Below are positions 54,952 through 63,673 of a DNA stretch of 64,000 bases, piece by piece. How positions within the stretch are numbered: the first letter of the stretch is position 1; the number at the start of each line of letters is the position of its first letter. The position numbers were made by a program, and so were the translations under genes. The notes beneath the pieces were generated by a model that saw only the letters and a list, made by a program, of their open reading frames with translations, searched no databases and had not been told where the DNA came from. Source of the stretch: a virus (lineage: Duplodnaviria > Caudoviricetes); the IMG/VR virus record IMGVR_UViG_3300044961_000667; one strand, written 5' to 3'.

Positions 54952-55413
54952 CTACTCCAACAGCTTCGCCGCGGTGGCCTCCATCTGCCGCCGGTAGGCC
55001 GCGAGGTCCTTCGCCGGCTCCACCTCGTACACGTCCCAGCCCTTCTTGGCCGCGCTCTCCACCTCAGCGATGAACTGGCTGATGGTGCGGCCGTGCTTGT
55101 CGTCGGCGGGCTTGTTCGTGAACCGGCAGTCCTCGACTTCGTGCCAGCAGTGATCGTCCTCGTTCGACGGGTACTCTCCGTCCCCGAAGAGGAACACCGA
55201 CGGCACCCTCACCTGCTCCGCATTGAAGAACTCGCCACTGTCGCAGGCCGCCTCCAACCGGCTCCACTCGTCTTCGCTGATGCGCCCGGCGAAGACGACT
55301 GTTCCAAACTGCTTGTAGTTGCTGGCGTCGCGGTACAGGTAGCTGAACTCGGTGTTCGGCCGCTTCAGTTCGTCCTGCTTCTTCAACTCCGACTTCCGGG
55401 CAAGAGCCTTCAA
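54952..55413 (-). CDS. conserved hypothetical protein
   Basis: YLYRDASNYK...FNAEQV...DDHCWHE. Confidence 0.65.
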   Translation of the reverse strand: MKALARKSELKKQDELKRPNTEFSYLYRDASNYKQFGTVVFAGRISEDEWSRLEAACDSGEFFNAEQVRVPSVFLFGDGEYPSNEDDHCWHEVEDCRFTNKPADDKHGRTISQFIAEVESAAKKGWDVYEVEPAKDLAAYRRQMEATAAKLLE

Positions 55414-55482
55414 TCACGCCTCCATGGGTTTGGGGTCGATGCTGAGAGGATCATGTCTCACTGACGCAGTTTCGTCAAGAGG

Positions 55483-55689
55483 TTAGTTCGGAAGTAGGGC
55501 CACTGCACGGAAGGCGTGAAGCTGCCACCACCGCAGCTGCTCGGCGAAGCGCTTCATCGTGCTGAAGACGGGATCGCTGGGTGCTGGAGCGCCGAGACCA
55601 AGGCACATCTCCATCGGCCGGCCACAGGCAGTGCACCTGGGCAAGTCGTACCGCAGCGGTTGCTTACAGACTGCGCACCATTCAGACAC
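55483..55689 (-). CDS. small zinc-finger protein
   Basis: CAVC...CTAC. Confidence 0.4.
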   Translation of the reverse strand: MSEWCAVCKQPLRYDLPRCTACGRPMEMCLGLGAPAPSDPVFSTMKRFAEQLRWWQLHAFRAVALLPN

Positions 55690-55758
55690 CGGTTCCTCCG
55701 ACCCCCTCCAGGAGTCGAGGCATCGACGCTGATTGTACAGTGGATCTGACCCGTTACG

Positions 55759-55968
55759 TCAAGAGGTGACAGGTTCCAGCGTCAGTCGCACCACGATGAC
55801 CGGACTGATCGACCAAATCGTCTTCGTGACTCTGTACAGGCCCGGCTCAATCCGGTTCGCATGCGGAACTTCGTTGAAGTCCCACCTCAGGTAACTGCCG
55901 ACCTCCGGCACCGGCATGTCGAGCGACAACTCTCGCTCTGCCTCTGGCGTCTCGAACACAAAGTGCAT
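55759..55968 (-). CDS. hypothetical protein
   Basis: 69 aa coupled ORF. Confidence 0.5.
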   Translation of the reverse strand: MHFVFETPEAERELSLDMPVPEVGSYLRWDFNEVPHANRIEPGLYRVTKTIWSISPVIVVRLTLEPVTS

Positions 55969-55977
55969 CGACGTTCC

Positions 55978-56214
55978 TCAGCACTCGAACAGGATGTGGA
56001 TGCGCTCGGCCGGGTGCTGATCGCACGGGCACGGGTTCGGCTGGCCAGTGCGGAAGCCCTCCTTCGACACCGTCCACCCCGACTTGATGCCGGTCGCCCG
56101 CACGACGTTCGCGTACTCGGCGGCCTCCTCAGGCTTCATGTCGGTGCACACGCTCATGTAGCAGATGCCGTCGCTGTACACCTCGAACACTGCTTCCTTG
56201 TCCTTCGCTGCCAT
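55978..56214 (-). CDS. small Cys-rich phage protein
   Basis: TGIKSGW...FRTGQPNPCPCDQHP..RIHILFEC. Confidence 0.6.
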   Translation of the reverse strand: MAAKDKEAVFEVYSDGICYMSVCTDMKPEEAAEYANVVRATGIKSGWTVSKEGFRTGQPNPCPCDQHPAERIHILFEC

Positions 56215-56216
56215 GT

Positions 56217-57356
56217 TCACCCCACGACTCGAATCGGGTTGGACTCCTCGACTTCCATGGGACCGCGCCAGAACGGGTTGATCCACATGAGCTTCCTCAG
56301 GCTGTGCTTCGGCCCGTGCGTCTGGTTGCGCCAGTGCCCCTGCACCAACGTCCGCACGTGGAGCGGACGGCTTTCGCCAGTCCCCTCAGACATGCGCTTC
56401 ACGCCACGGCCCAAGTAGATCCGCCGGCGAGGGTCGACGCCCTTCAGCTCCTCGCGGAGCCGGTCTTTCTTCTGACCAGGAGGCAGCTTGTCGAGCCGCG
56501 CCTTCATCTGACGCCACTGCTTGTTGCTGGCCTCCTCGAAGACGTCGGCTTCCGGGTGGTGCGTCGCGTAGAGCACCACGTTCATCGCCAGCATGAACAG
56601 CTGCTGCCACTTCGGCGCCAACCCATCCTGAGCGCGGTAGATGTACCGCAGCTCCTCGGGCATCTGCTGATCGAGGAACTCCTGCCGGTCGTCGAGGCAC
56701 TCCGTCACCTTCTTCCCCGGCGTCAGCAGCAGGTCGAAGGTGAACGTGAGCCAGTTCGGCAACCCGTCACTGAGGTACCCATCGGGCTCGCCAATGGCGC
56801 ACAACCGCCACGAGCGCCCGTTCCGCTCCGAGCCGTCCATGTTGAGCGACCTGGGCGACTCCGTGATGTACATCCCGACGAGCCCGCACTTCTTGCTCCC
56901 GTCGTAGAAGAAGTCGGCGCCTGCCTGCGGCGGCACCGCGATGTAGATGTTCGAGTACGGCAGCCGCAGGTCGTCCGAGGACACCCCACGCAGCTCCGTG
57001 TACTTGAAGCAGTCGGCCAGCCCTTCCGACAACTCGTAGACGCGACGCCCCGTCTTCCGGTGGCACAACCGCTGCCAGTTCTCCCCCATCGTCGAGTTGG
57101 CACCCGACTGCCCCACCAGCCTGACGATCTGCTGGTAGAACGCGTTCAGCTTCTTCGAGTGCATGATCATCCCTTCCAGGAAGAGGTGATCGACGCCTTC
57201 GGCAGCCGCGTCGAACATCGCGTCGAGCGTGGCCTGGAACTGGCGCGGGTTGGCGACCTCCAACACCGGCATGTCAGACGCGGCGATGCGCCGACCAACA
57301 GCACGGAACGGTGCGATCGTCTCTTCCATGCACTCGGAGTGCGTCTTCAAGCTCAT
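56217..57356 (-). CDS. conserved phage protein
   Basis: C-terminal VQGHWRNQTHGP...RKLMWINPFWRG. Confidence 0.7.
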   Translation of the reverse strand: MSLKTHSECMEETIAPFRAVGRRIAASDMPVLEVANPRQFQATLDAMFDAAAEGVDHLFLEGMIMHSKKLNAFYQQIVRLVGQSGANSTMGENWQRLCHRKTGRRVYELSEGLADCFKYTELRGVSSDDLRLPYSNIYIAVPPQAGADFFYDGSKKCGLVGMYITESPRSLNMDGSERNGRSWRLCAIGEPDGYLSDGLPNWLTFTFDLLLTPGKKVTECLDDRQEFLDQQMPEELRYIYRAQDGLAPKWQQLFMLAMNVVLYATHHPEADVFEEASNKQWRQMKARLDKLPPGQKKDRLREELKGVDPRRRIYLGRGVKRMSEGTGESRPLHVRTLVQGHWRNQTHGPKHSLRKLMWINPFWRGPMEVEESNPIRVVG

Positions 57357-57912
57357 TCGGGTCTCCTCATCAGGTACAGCATCCGCGCCAGCAGCCTGGC
57401 CGCGCTGTTCGCGTCATCGACACCGCGGTGGTGCGTGCCCTCCATGAGCAGCCCCAGCCGCGGCAGAGCCTGCTCAAGGCCGCACTCCTTCTCGCCGGTG
57501 AAGAGCGCGAACAGGTTCTTCAGGTTGAGGTGCGTCGGCCCGAACGGGTACTTGATGCCCTCGTCCCGGCACTGACGCTCCATCTGCCGGCGGTCGTAGT
57601 CGCCCCAGCTCGCCCACGTCATCCCGAAGTTGATCAGCGGGGCAACGTCCCCGAGCGCCTCCTTCAGCATCGGCCGGTCAGCCACCATCTCCGGCGTGAT
57701 GGTCGTCAACCTGGTGCAGAATTCGCTCACCTCAGTCGTGGTCGGCTTCACCAAGATGCCCGCGGCTCCGACAACCCGCAGGGTCTTCGTGTCCAGCACC
57801 GCGACGCCGATCTCGATGATCTCCCCTTCTTTCGCTCGGGGTACGTCTCGTCGTTCTCCCAGCAAGTCGCCTCAAGATCGACCACGCCGATCCGGCTCGT
57901 GTCTCTAGCCAT
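57353..57912 (-). CDS. DEDDh 3'-5' exonuclease (ERI-1/KapD-like), 1-nt frameshift near the 5' end
   Basis: VVDLEATCW in one frame; EIIEIG, WASWGDYD, HLNLK, HHRGVDDA in another; frames join with one extra G at 57823-57826. Confidence 0.8.
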
Positions 57913-58573
57913 TGTCGTTCTCCTTGTTCTGCAGCTCTCGCTTCAGCAGAAACCCGATGGCCATGTTCAACGGCATCGTCTCGTCCTTCTGACGCTGGAA
58001 CCAGGCGAGCACGACCTCAAGCCTCTCCGGCGGCAGGTACTCCTTCATCTTCAGGATGATGCGCGTCAACAGAGCCCGGTCGACCGTCCACGCCTGCCTC
58101 GACTTGTCGACGGCAGACGCCTCGCACGCCTTCACGTCGAAGCTGAACGCCCCCACGCAGGCCATCGGCCGCTTCTTGTAGATGCGGCACCGCCCGTTCT
58201 CCCCGAGGAAGATGCACTTCATCATCGGGTGCCCGGTCTGGTCGGAGACATCCGGCTTGCCGGCCTCAGCGATGGCCCAGTCTGCGTGCGCCAACGCCTT
58301 GTTGAGAACGTCGCCCAGCGACTTGTCTCTGGAGCACAGCTCGACCAGCGCCGTCGCCTCCATGGGCGTCAGCCAGGGTTGATCGTGGGTGCAACACCAC
58401 GTGCAGCCAGCGCGACAAGCGGGCCTGACGCCCAGCCTCTTCTTCGCCAGCTCGTGGGCGTACTCGAAGTTGTTCCGCGTCTCCAAGTACACCTGCAGGT
58501 TCGACGACGGCTCCTTCGTCGTGAAGTCGATGATGTCGCCGTTCTTCGGCAGCCTGTCGAGCGGGCTACTCAT
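57905..58573 (-). CDS. YkgJ-family cysteine-cluster protein
   Basis: CRAGCTWCC...CIFL...GRCRIYKKRPMAC. Confidence 0.8.
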   Translation of the reverse strand: MSSPLDRLPKNGDIIDFTTKEPSSNLQVYLETRNNFEYAHELAKKRLGVRPACRAGCTWCCTHDQPWLTPMEATALVELCSRDKSLGDVLNKALAHADWAIAEAGKPDVSDQTGHPMMKCIFLGENGRCRIYKKRPMACVGAFSFDVKACEASAVDKSRQAWTVDRALLTRIILKMKEYLPPERLEVVLAWFQRQKDETMPLNMAIGFLLKRELQNKENDNG

Positions 58574-58748
58574 GGCGGTCCTTCACCGTCTGCATCGCCG
58601 CCAGCACGGTCGCCTCATTCACCTTCGCGTCCCTGCCGCGCTGCCGCCTGTGGATCTCCAGCATCAACTCCTTGGCGTCGAAGCCGGCCAAGCGAGTTGC
58701 GATCTTGAACATGTCCTCGGCGTTTCGGCTGCCCCATCCTGCCGTCAT
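58566..58748 (-). CDS. hypothetical protein
   Basis: AGGAGG RBS; follows promoter 58823. Confidence 0.5.
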   Translation of the reverse strand: MTAGWGSRNAEDMFKIATRLAGFDAKELMLEIHRRQRGRDAKVNEATVLAAMQTVKDRHE

Positions 58749-58798
58749 CGACTCCTCCTGTTTCCCGGCTGGGTGGCCGGTCATTGAGTCTGGAGGAA

Positions 58799-59125
58799 TC
58801 ATGGCACAAGGCCATCTGGTTCGTCAAGAGGATTTCGCCGGCGCGCCGGGTTGTACTCGTCTCCCTCGGTGACCATGTGGAACGGATCGAACGTCTCGAC
58901 GGTGACCCAGAAGCACTTGCCCTTCGACGGCTTCACCTGCTTGCCGTCCGGCCCCACCACCTTCACGCGCTCCGGCAGCTTCACCCACTGAGAGTCTGCC
59001 TTGCCGACGCTGATGCCTTCCTGGATCTCCAAGACGTCGCGGCCAGACAGCTTCACCTTGACGCACGCCCATGGACGACCCAAGGCGGTGACTCCGTAGA
59101 CTTCACTCTTTCGCAGGAAGTGCAT
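58799..59125 (-). CDS. hypothetical protein
   Basis: 108 aa ORF; start uncertain. Confidence 0.5.
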   Translation of the reverse strand: MHFLRKSEVYGVTALGRPWACVKVKLSGRDVLEIQEGISVGKADSQWVKLPERVKVVGPDGKQVKPSKGKCFWVTVETFDPFHMVTEGDEYNPARRRNPLDEPDGLVP

Positions 59126-59205
59126 TCAGGAAAAACCAACTCACTCGGACGCGCGGCGATGCCGCACTCCGACAGTCAGCTCTCTCTCGTTGTGGTGGGA
59201 GACTT

Positions 59206-59424
59206 CTACTTCGCCTGGCCGAGCTGCATCTCCAGCTCGGCGACCCTGGCCTTCAACCGCTCGTTCTCGACGACCAGGTCGACTACCTCGGAGCCGTCGC
59301 CCGGCAACACGAAGTTCGCCTGCAGCCCGTCGGAGAACAGCTCCTGCTCGATGGTGCCCTGGTACGCCTTCAACTCCTCGGCGGTCGCGTACCGCGCCTT
59401 CAGCATCTTCTCGCCTGGCATCAA
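59206..59424 (-). CDS. hypothetical protein
   Basis: Coiled-coil tail. Confidence 0.5.
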   Translation of the reverse strand: MMPGEKMLKARYATAEELKAYQGTIEQELFSDGLQANFVLPGDGSEVVDLVVENERLKARVAELEMQLGQAK

Positions 59425-59696
59425 GGCTCCTTCGGACGAATGGCCTTCAGGTACACCCGCACAGCCTCCGGCGGATTCCCGCCCTCCGTCAATCCGCGTC
59501 GTCGAATCTCCACCACCAGCTCAGCCTTCGAGTGCACGACGGTGCACGTCTGCAGGTTCCGAAGGCGATGTCCCACGGCCGTCATCAGCTCTTCTTCGAG
59601 TGCTTCCCCGTCGACCAGCACGCGCTCCAAGACGTGGTTGAGCCACCACATCTCGACGAGCTGCTCATCGGTGACCGGTACGCGGAGCGGGGCCAT
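59421..59696 (-). CDS. hypothetical protein
   Basis: 91 aa coupled ORF. Confidence 0.5.
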   Translation of the reverse strand: MAPLRVPVTDEQLVEMWWLNHVLERVLVDGEALEEELMTAVGHRLRNLQTCTVVHSKAELVVEIRRRGLTEGGNPPEAVRVYLKAIRPKEP

Positions 59697-60357
59697 TCGG
59701 AGATCTCCGCGGCCATCCTACCTCCGGCTTCTGGAACAGAAACCTCATGGACCGCTCGCTGACGACCTGATCAACCAGATTGAAACTGACCGACCCAGCC
59801 TGAACGATCTCCTCGCGCGTGTGCCAGCGGAACATCGACACGTCGTAGTCCCCACGCATCGCCTGCAGGTGGAGCACTCGCCTCCCGAGGAAGCCCGACG
59901 CTTCGACGTACCGCACGCCGCCGTGCCGGTACGTCTTGAGGCTCCACTTCGGCCGACGGAACGCGTTCAGGACGAACCTTCCTCCTGGCTTGAGGAGGCG
60001 CTCGACAGCAGCGAACGTCTGAGCGAGGTCGAGGTAACCGATCGCCTGCCGGCAGGCGACCAGGTTGAACTTGGGCGTGTACCGCAGAGCGCCGAACGCG
60101 CTGATCGCCTCCTCGGCCCGCCCTCGAACGCAGATGACATGCTCGTCATCGCACCGAGGGTTGAGATCGAGCAGCCACGCCACCTCTTGGCCACGCCTGA
60201 TCGCTTCTTTGGCCACTGCTCCGGTGCCACCGCAGAGGTCCAGGAGGTAGTCGCCGCCGACGTCGAAGTGCGCGAAGTCGAGCAACTCGCCCGGCTTCTC
60301 CAGCCACTTCGCGTACAGCACCTCGTACGTCTCGGTCGTGCACGCCAGCCGCATCAT
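59665..60357 (-). CDS. class I SAM-dependent methyltransferase
   Basis: LLDLCGGTG, LLDLN, GRAEE, FNLVAC, LLKPGGRFV. Confidence 0.85.
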   Translation of the reverse strand: MMRLACTTETYEVLYAKWLEKPGELLDFAHFDVGGDYLLDLCGGTGAVAKEAIRRGQEVAWLLDLNPRCDDEHVICVRGRAEEAISAFGALRYTPKFNLVACRQAIGYLDLAQTFAAVERLLKPGGRFVLNAFRRPKWSLKTYRHGGVRYVEASGFLGRRVLHLQAMRGDYDVSMFRWHTREEIVQAGSVSFNLVDQVVSERSMRFLFQKPEVGWPRRSPNGPAPRTGHR

Positions 60358-60965
60358 TCACGCACCGCCTTCTTCAAGAACTCGGTCGGATCGAGCAACC
60401 CCTGCGGGCGAGGCATCGTGAGACGCCACCACACCGGCTCGACCACGTCCGGCGCGTACAGCTCCAAGTGCAGCATGTCCATCGGCAGCCCCTTGTCGTG
60501 CACCAGCACCCTGGCCACCTGCCCGACTCGGTCTCCACGTCGAACGCGATCGCCGACACGAGCCGTCTTGCCGATCTCGACCTCTCCGTAGCAGACGACG
60601 CCGGAAGCGCCCTTCACCAGCACAGCGGCAGTGTCGTGCCACCACGGCGACTCGGCATCGATCCCGGTGAAGTCGACAACGGCTACCACCACGCCGTCCT
60701 CCACGGCCAACACCGGCTCGCCGAGGCGGCAGTACAGATCGACACCAGTGTGCACGTCGTACTTCCGCTGCGCACCGAAGGCCCCCTGGTGCGTCCCCTC
60801 GGGGACTTCGGGCTTCGACTCAGCCAGTGGCCACCGCCACTCGACGGCAGCGCTCGGCGTCCGCGTGGGGAGGTGTCGGGATTGGATACCCGAGGCGTTC
60901 ACCGACTGGCTCCCGGTCTCTGCCGCCGGGGCACCTTCCGCGCCTGACTTGACGCTTCCCATCAC
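60354..60965 (-). CDS. M23 family metallopeptidase
   Basis: HTGVDL, PVLAVEDGVV, GDRVRRGDRVGQV, MLHLELY. Confidence 0.85.
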   Translation of the reverse strand: MMGSVKSGAEGAPAAETGSQSVNASGIQSRHLPTRTPSAAVEWRWPLAESKPEVPEGTHQGAFGAQRKYDVHTGVDLYCRLGEPVLAVEDGVVVAVVDFTGIDAESPWWHDTAAVLVKGASGVVCYGEVEIGKTARVGDRVRRGDRVGQVARVLVHDKGLPMDMLHLELYAPDVVEPVWWRLTMPRPQGLLDPTEFLKKAVRE

Positions 60966-61000
60966 GGACTCTCCTTGTGAAACACGCCTCTCAACGAGCG

Positions 61001-62254
61001 TCAAAAGGCATCGACGTCGTTGGAGTTCAGCACCGCCACGAAGCCGTGGCCCTCGATGTTGAAGGCGTGCCGCGGCAACGGGCGCTGGTTGTCCCGGAAC
61101 GTCGACGGCGGAGCGTACGGCTCCGTCGGGCACTGGTTCTCACCCAGCGGCTCTCCCGGAGCAGGGGCCTTCGTCTGGTACAGCATCTCGTGCAGGTGCA
61201 GGACGGCGTCGCCCTTGTGCTTGAACATCTCCAGCATGCGCACCATCAGCGGAGCGTTGAGCGACGGCTTGTTGCCACGGAACGTGTACGTCACCCCGGC
61301 TTCGTGATCGACGCGAGAGACGAACACGCACTCGTTCGCCGTCCACAGCCGCCCCTTCTCCCTCGGCGACACCAGAAAGCCACTCTCTCCCACGCGCACG
61401 GCGATGCCGCCGAAGACACGACTCGTCGTCCCCATTGGGTGGGAGAAGCGATCCCGGTACTTCTCGATGATGCGCTCCATGCGCTTCACCGCCGCCTCCA
61501 TTTCAAACCAGGGTGGGTCCTTCGGGTTCGGCTCCGCCTCAGTGCGGTAGAACCTGTCATTGATGGTAGCTTCGAGGTCCGAGTACATCCGGTCGAACCC
61601 CGCCACGTCTCCGATGCAGATCTCCGCGTCAGCCCGGTAGATGTCGCTGTGACCGTCCGGATAGATCAGCCGTTTCTGCCGGAGGTCGGAGAAGTCGTTC
61701 GCCACCACCACGTTGCAGTGCGCCTTGAAAAGCGTCTGGTACGCAGCGGCCAGTGTCTCCTGCGTCGTTGAGCCGGAGGTCATCTTGCAGCCGATGAGCG
61801 TGAGCTTTGGGTTCAGCTTTTTCATCCGGTCGATGACGCGCGGTACGAGGATGAACGGGATGAGCTGCTCCGCTCCTTCGGTGAAGCCCTCGGTGGGCAT
61901 CTTCCCCTTGAAGGGTGCCTTCGGAATCCAGTTCACGACGGCAGCGGCCATCACGGCGGCGTCCACCTTCGGTGCCAGCTCGTAGCACTGCTCCGCGTAG
62001 GACTCGTAGCCGGTGTGAATCTTCCGATGGAACAGAGCCGAGACCGGTGCGCGGTGCGCGCGGTACTCCGCCCCCATCCGTTCGTTCACGGTCGCCTTGT
62101 CGAGGGTGTCCGGAAGCAAGAGTGTCACTTCGTGGTTCCGAGCGTGCAACCACGCGGCGAACTTCACCGCCCAGATGCCTCTGATGCGGTTGCCGACGAG
62201 CTTGTTGTCGTCGAGCTTCCCGTACACCGTTCCTGCCGTCACCAGCACTTTCAT
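61001..62254 (-). CDS. CoaB (phosphopantothenoylcysteine synthetase)-like domain fused to a class II aldolase-like domain
   Basis: VLVTAG...LD...VGN..RG, EVTLL, AAAVVNW, IGCK, VVVAND; then GGIAVR, FLVSP, KPSLN, AVLHLH, GHGFVA. Confidence 0.7.
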   Translation of the reverse strand: MKVLVTAGTVYGKLDDNKLVGNRIRGIWAVKFAAWLHARNHEVTLLLPDTLDKATVNERMGAEYRAHRAPVSALFHRKIHTGYESYAEQCYELAPKVDAAVMAAAVVNWIPKAPFKGKMPTEGFTEGAEQLIPFILVPRVIDRMKKLNPKLTLIGCKMTSGSTTQETLAAAYQTLFKAHCNVVVANDFSDLRQKRLIYPDGHSDIYRADAEICIGDVAGFDRMYSDLEATINDRFYRTEAEPNPKDPPWFEMEAAVKRMERIIEKYRDRFSHPMGTTSRVFGGIAVRVGESGFLVSPREKGRLWTANECVFVSRVDHEAGVTYTFRGNKPSLNAPLMVRMLEMFKHKGDAVLHLHEMLYQTKAPAPGEPLGENQCPTEPYAPPSTFRDNQRPLPRHAFNIEGHGFVAVLNSNDVDAF

Positions 62255-62257
62255 GAC

Positions 62258-62521
62258 CTACTCCTCGAACTCGTCGTGAAGCTGCTTCAGCGTGGCCCCC
62301 AGCGTGTCGCCGGGGATGTACGGCAGGTCGTGCTCGCCCTCGATGAACTCGGTCGTGCCGTCCTCGAAGACGATCGAGTGAAGCTGCAACACGAGCGTGT
62401 CGTCGCCGAAGTCCGACGAGATCGAGCACTCGATGCGCTTCACCTTCTTCCCGTACAGCTTCTCCAGATCGATGTTGCTGTACCGATCTCCGGGCTGAAC
62501 CTGGATGTCGACGAGCTTCAC
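62258..62521 (-). CDS. hypothetical protein
   Basis: GTG start overlapping the upstream stop. Confidence 0.55.
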   Translation of the reverse strand: MKLVDIQVQPGDRYSNIDLEKLYGKKVKRIECSISSDFGDDTLVLQLHSIVFEDGTTEFIEGEHDLPYIPGDTLGATLKQLHDEFEE

Positions 62522-62814
62522 GACGCGGCCTCCTGCCGGCAGACCTCTTCGACGTGCTCGCGGAACTCCGCCTCGGGCGGGCAGAACTTCTGCTTGGCGA
62601 CGGGGCCGTACCAGTACCCGATTTCCAGGATGTCGACCTCCACCGGGCTCGACTTCAGCTCCTTCGGGAAGTGCTTCTCGCCCCACTGCTTGTACTCGTC
62701 GACGTCGAAGCGACGGATGTCGAGGAAGCACGTCGGCACGACGCCGAAGGGAACCCCCTTGGCGTCGACGTCCATGTCACCGTGGCTGTGGATGATGAAG
62801 GCTGGCTTGCTCAT
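62518..62814 (-). CDS. hypothetical protein
   Basis: 98 aa ORF. Confidence 0.55.
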   Translation of the reverse strand: MSKPAFIIHSHGDMDVDAKGVPFGVVPTCFLDIRRFDVDEYKQWGEKHFPKELKSSPVEVDILEIGYWYGPVAKQKFCPPEAEFREHVEEVCRQEAAS

Positions 62815-62823
62815 GTTCGTCTC

Positions 62824-63123
62824 CTAGATCTTGTCTCTCTTGCGTTGCGATGCGACCGCCAACCCCTGGCGGTAGTACTGACCGTCGAGAGGATCGAGCC
62901 ACCGCACGTTGTCTCCGGCGGGCTGATCCTCGAACACGTGAGGGATCCACTTGGCCGCGTGCAGGTACTCCGCCTCTGCGGCGAGCAGGCGTCCGGCTGC
63001 GTTGATGACGCTCCGGCCGACGGTTTCGCACCACGGCTGGTGCTCACCGATGACGTAGCTGTTGCACGACGAGCACAGCGACTTGTGATCGAGCTTGAAG
63101 TTCTTCGGGCGGTCCATCAGCAC
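62824..63123 (-). CDS. hypothetical protein
   Basis: CSSC...HQPWC. Confidence 0.55.
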   Translation of the reverse strand: MLMDRPKNFKLDHKSLCSSCNSYVIGEHQPWCETVGRSVINAAGRLLAAEAEYLHAAKWIPHVFEDQPAGDNVRWLDPLDGQYYRQGLAVASQRKRDKI

Positions 63124-63308
63124 TCTCTCAGCCAGTCCCTCGTCTGCTCGAAGGCTTGGCGCTTCTCCGGGTTGATGTTCGGGTACTTCTTCAGGTTCGC
63201 GTCGATGCGATCCGCGAACTCCTGCGCCGTCGACTTCGACAGCGCTGCGAGCGCAGCCGCCGCGCAGAACTCGTCCGACAGGACGTCCAGCCCCTTCTTG
63301 TCGCTCAT
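63117..63308 (-). CDS. hypothetical protein
   Basis: TGATG-coupled. Confidence 0.5.
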   Translation of the reverse strand: MSDKKGLDVLSDEFCAAAALAALSKSTAQEFADRIDANLKKYPNINPEKRQAFEQTRDWLREC

Positions 63309-63673
63309 CAGTTTCTCCGAGAGAGGATCTCCGCCGCCTTCATCACCCCGCGAGCAGTCGGCGTGACGATCGTCTTCAACCCCTGGTTCATCAGCATCGC
63401 CGACACCACGTTGCACACCCAGTCGACCTCGGCGGCAAACGTGATCGACCGCCAGATGTCGGCGTCGGTTGCACCCTGGACCATGAAGCGCATGCGGTGC
63501 TCTGCCTGGCGAGCCTCGTCAAGCAGGACGCCGAGGTTCTCAGGCGACTTCCGCCGGCACGCCTCGAAGCCCGCCAGCGCCCCCGCCCGACGAGCCTCGT
63601 CGTTGGCGTAGTCGACGTTCACCGCGCGAATTCCGTCCTCGATCAGGTGCTGCAGGAACTCTTCGTAGGTCAC
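63308..63673 (-). CDS. hypothetical protein
   Basis: 121 aa ORF. Confidence 0.6.
   Translation of the reverse strand: MTYEEFLQHLIEDGIRAVNVDYANDEARRAGALAGFEACRRKSPENLGVLLDEARQAEHRMRFMVQGATDADIWRSITFAAEVDWVCNVVSAMLMNQGLKTIVTPTARGVMKAAEILSRRN

Larger units (their letters stand above)
3844..58831 (-). promoter_or_regulatory. family of 19 sigma70-type promoters sharing CCTCTTGAC(G/A)
   Basis: GTCAAGAGG on + at 3844, 9163, 15644, 18929, 19654, 25152, 26859, 30486, 33744, 35519, 39681, 41145, 43897, 47450, 50366, 53983, 55474, 55758, 58823. All point leftward. About two thirds have TAGCTT/TAGATT/TAGGCT/TAGTTT/CATGAT/CAAGAT/CACTCT/TACAAT 16-19 bp downstream. Confidence 0.8.

Noticed and set aside
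61001-62254. Annotation as host coaBC (auxiliary CoA biosynthesis)
   Set aside because: The CoaC flavoprotein domain is absent, the SSG motif is diverged and an unrelated C-terminal domain is fused
622-63366. Many long plus-strand ORFs (e.g. 622-2031, 6282-9194, 19683-21389, 57311-58708)
   Set aside because: They are antisense shadows of GC3-biased minus-strand genes: rich in Arg/His/Leu/Val, with no RBS or motifs
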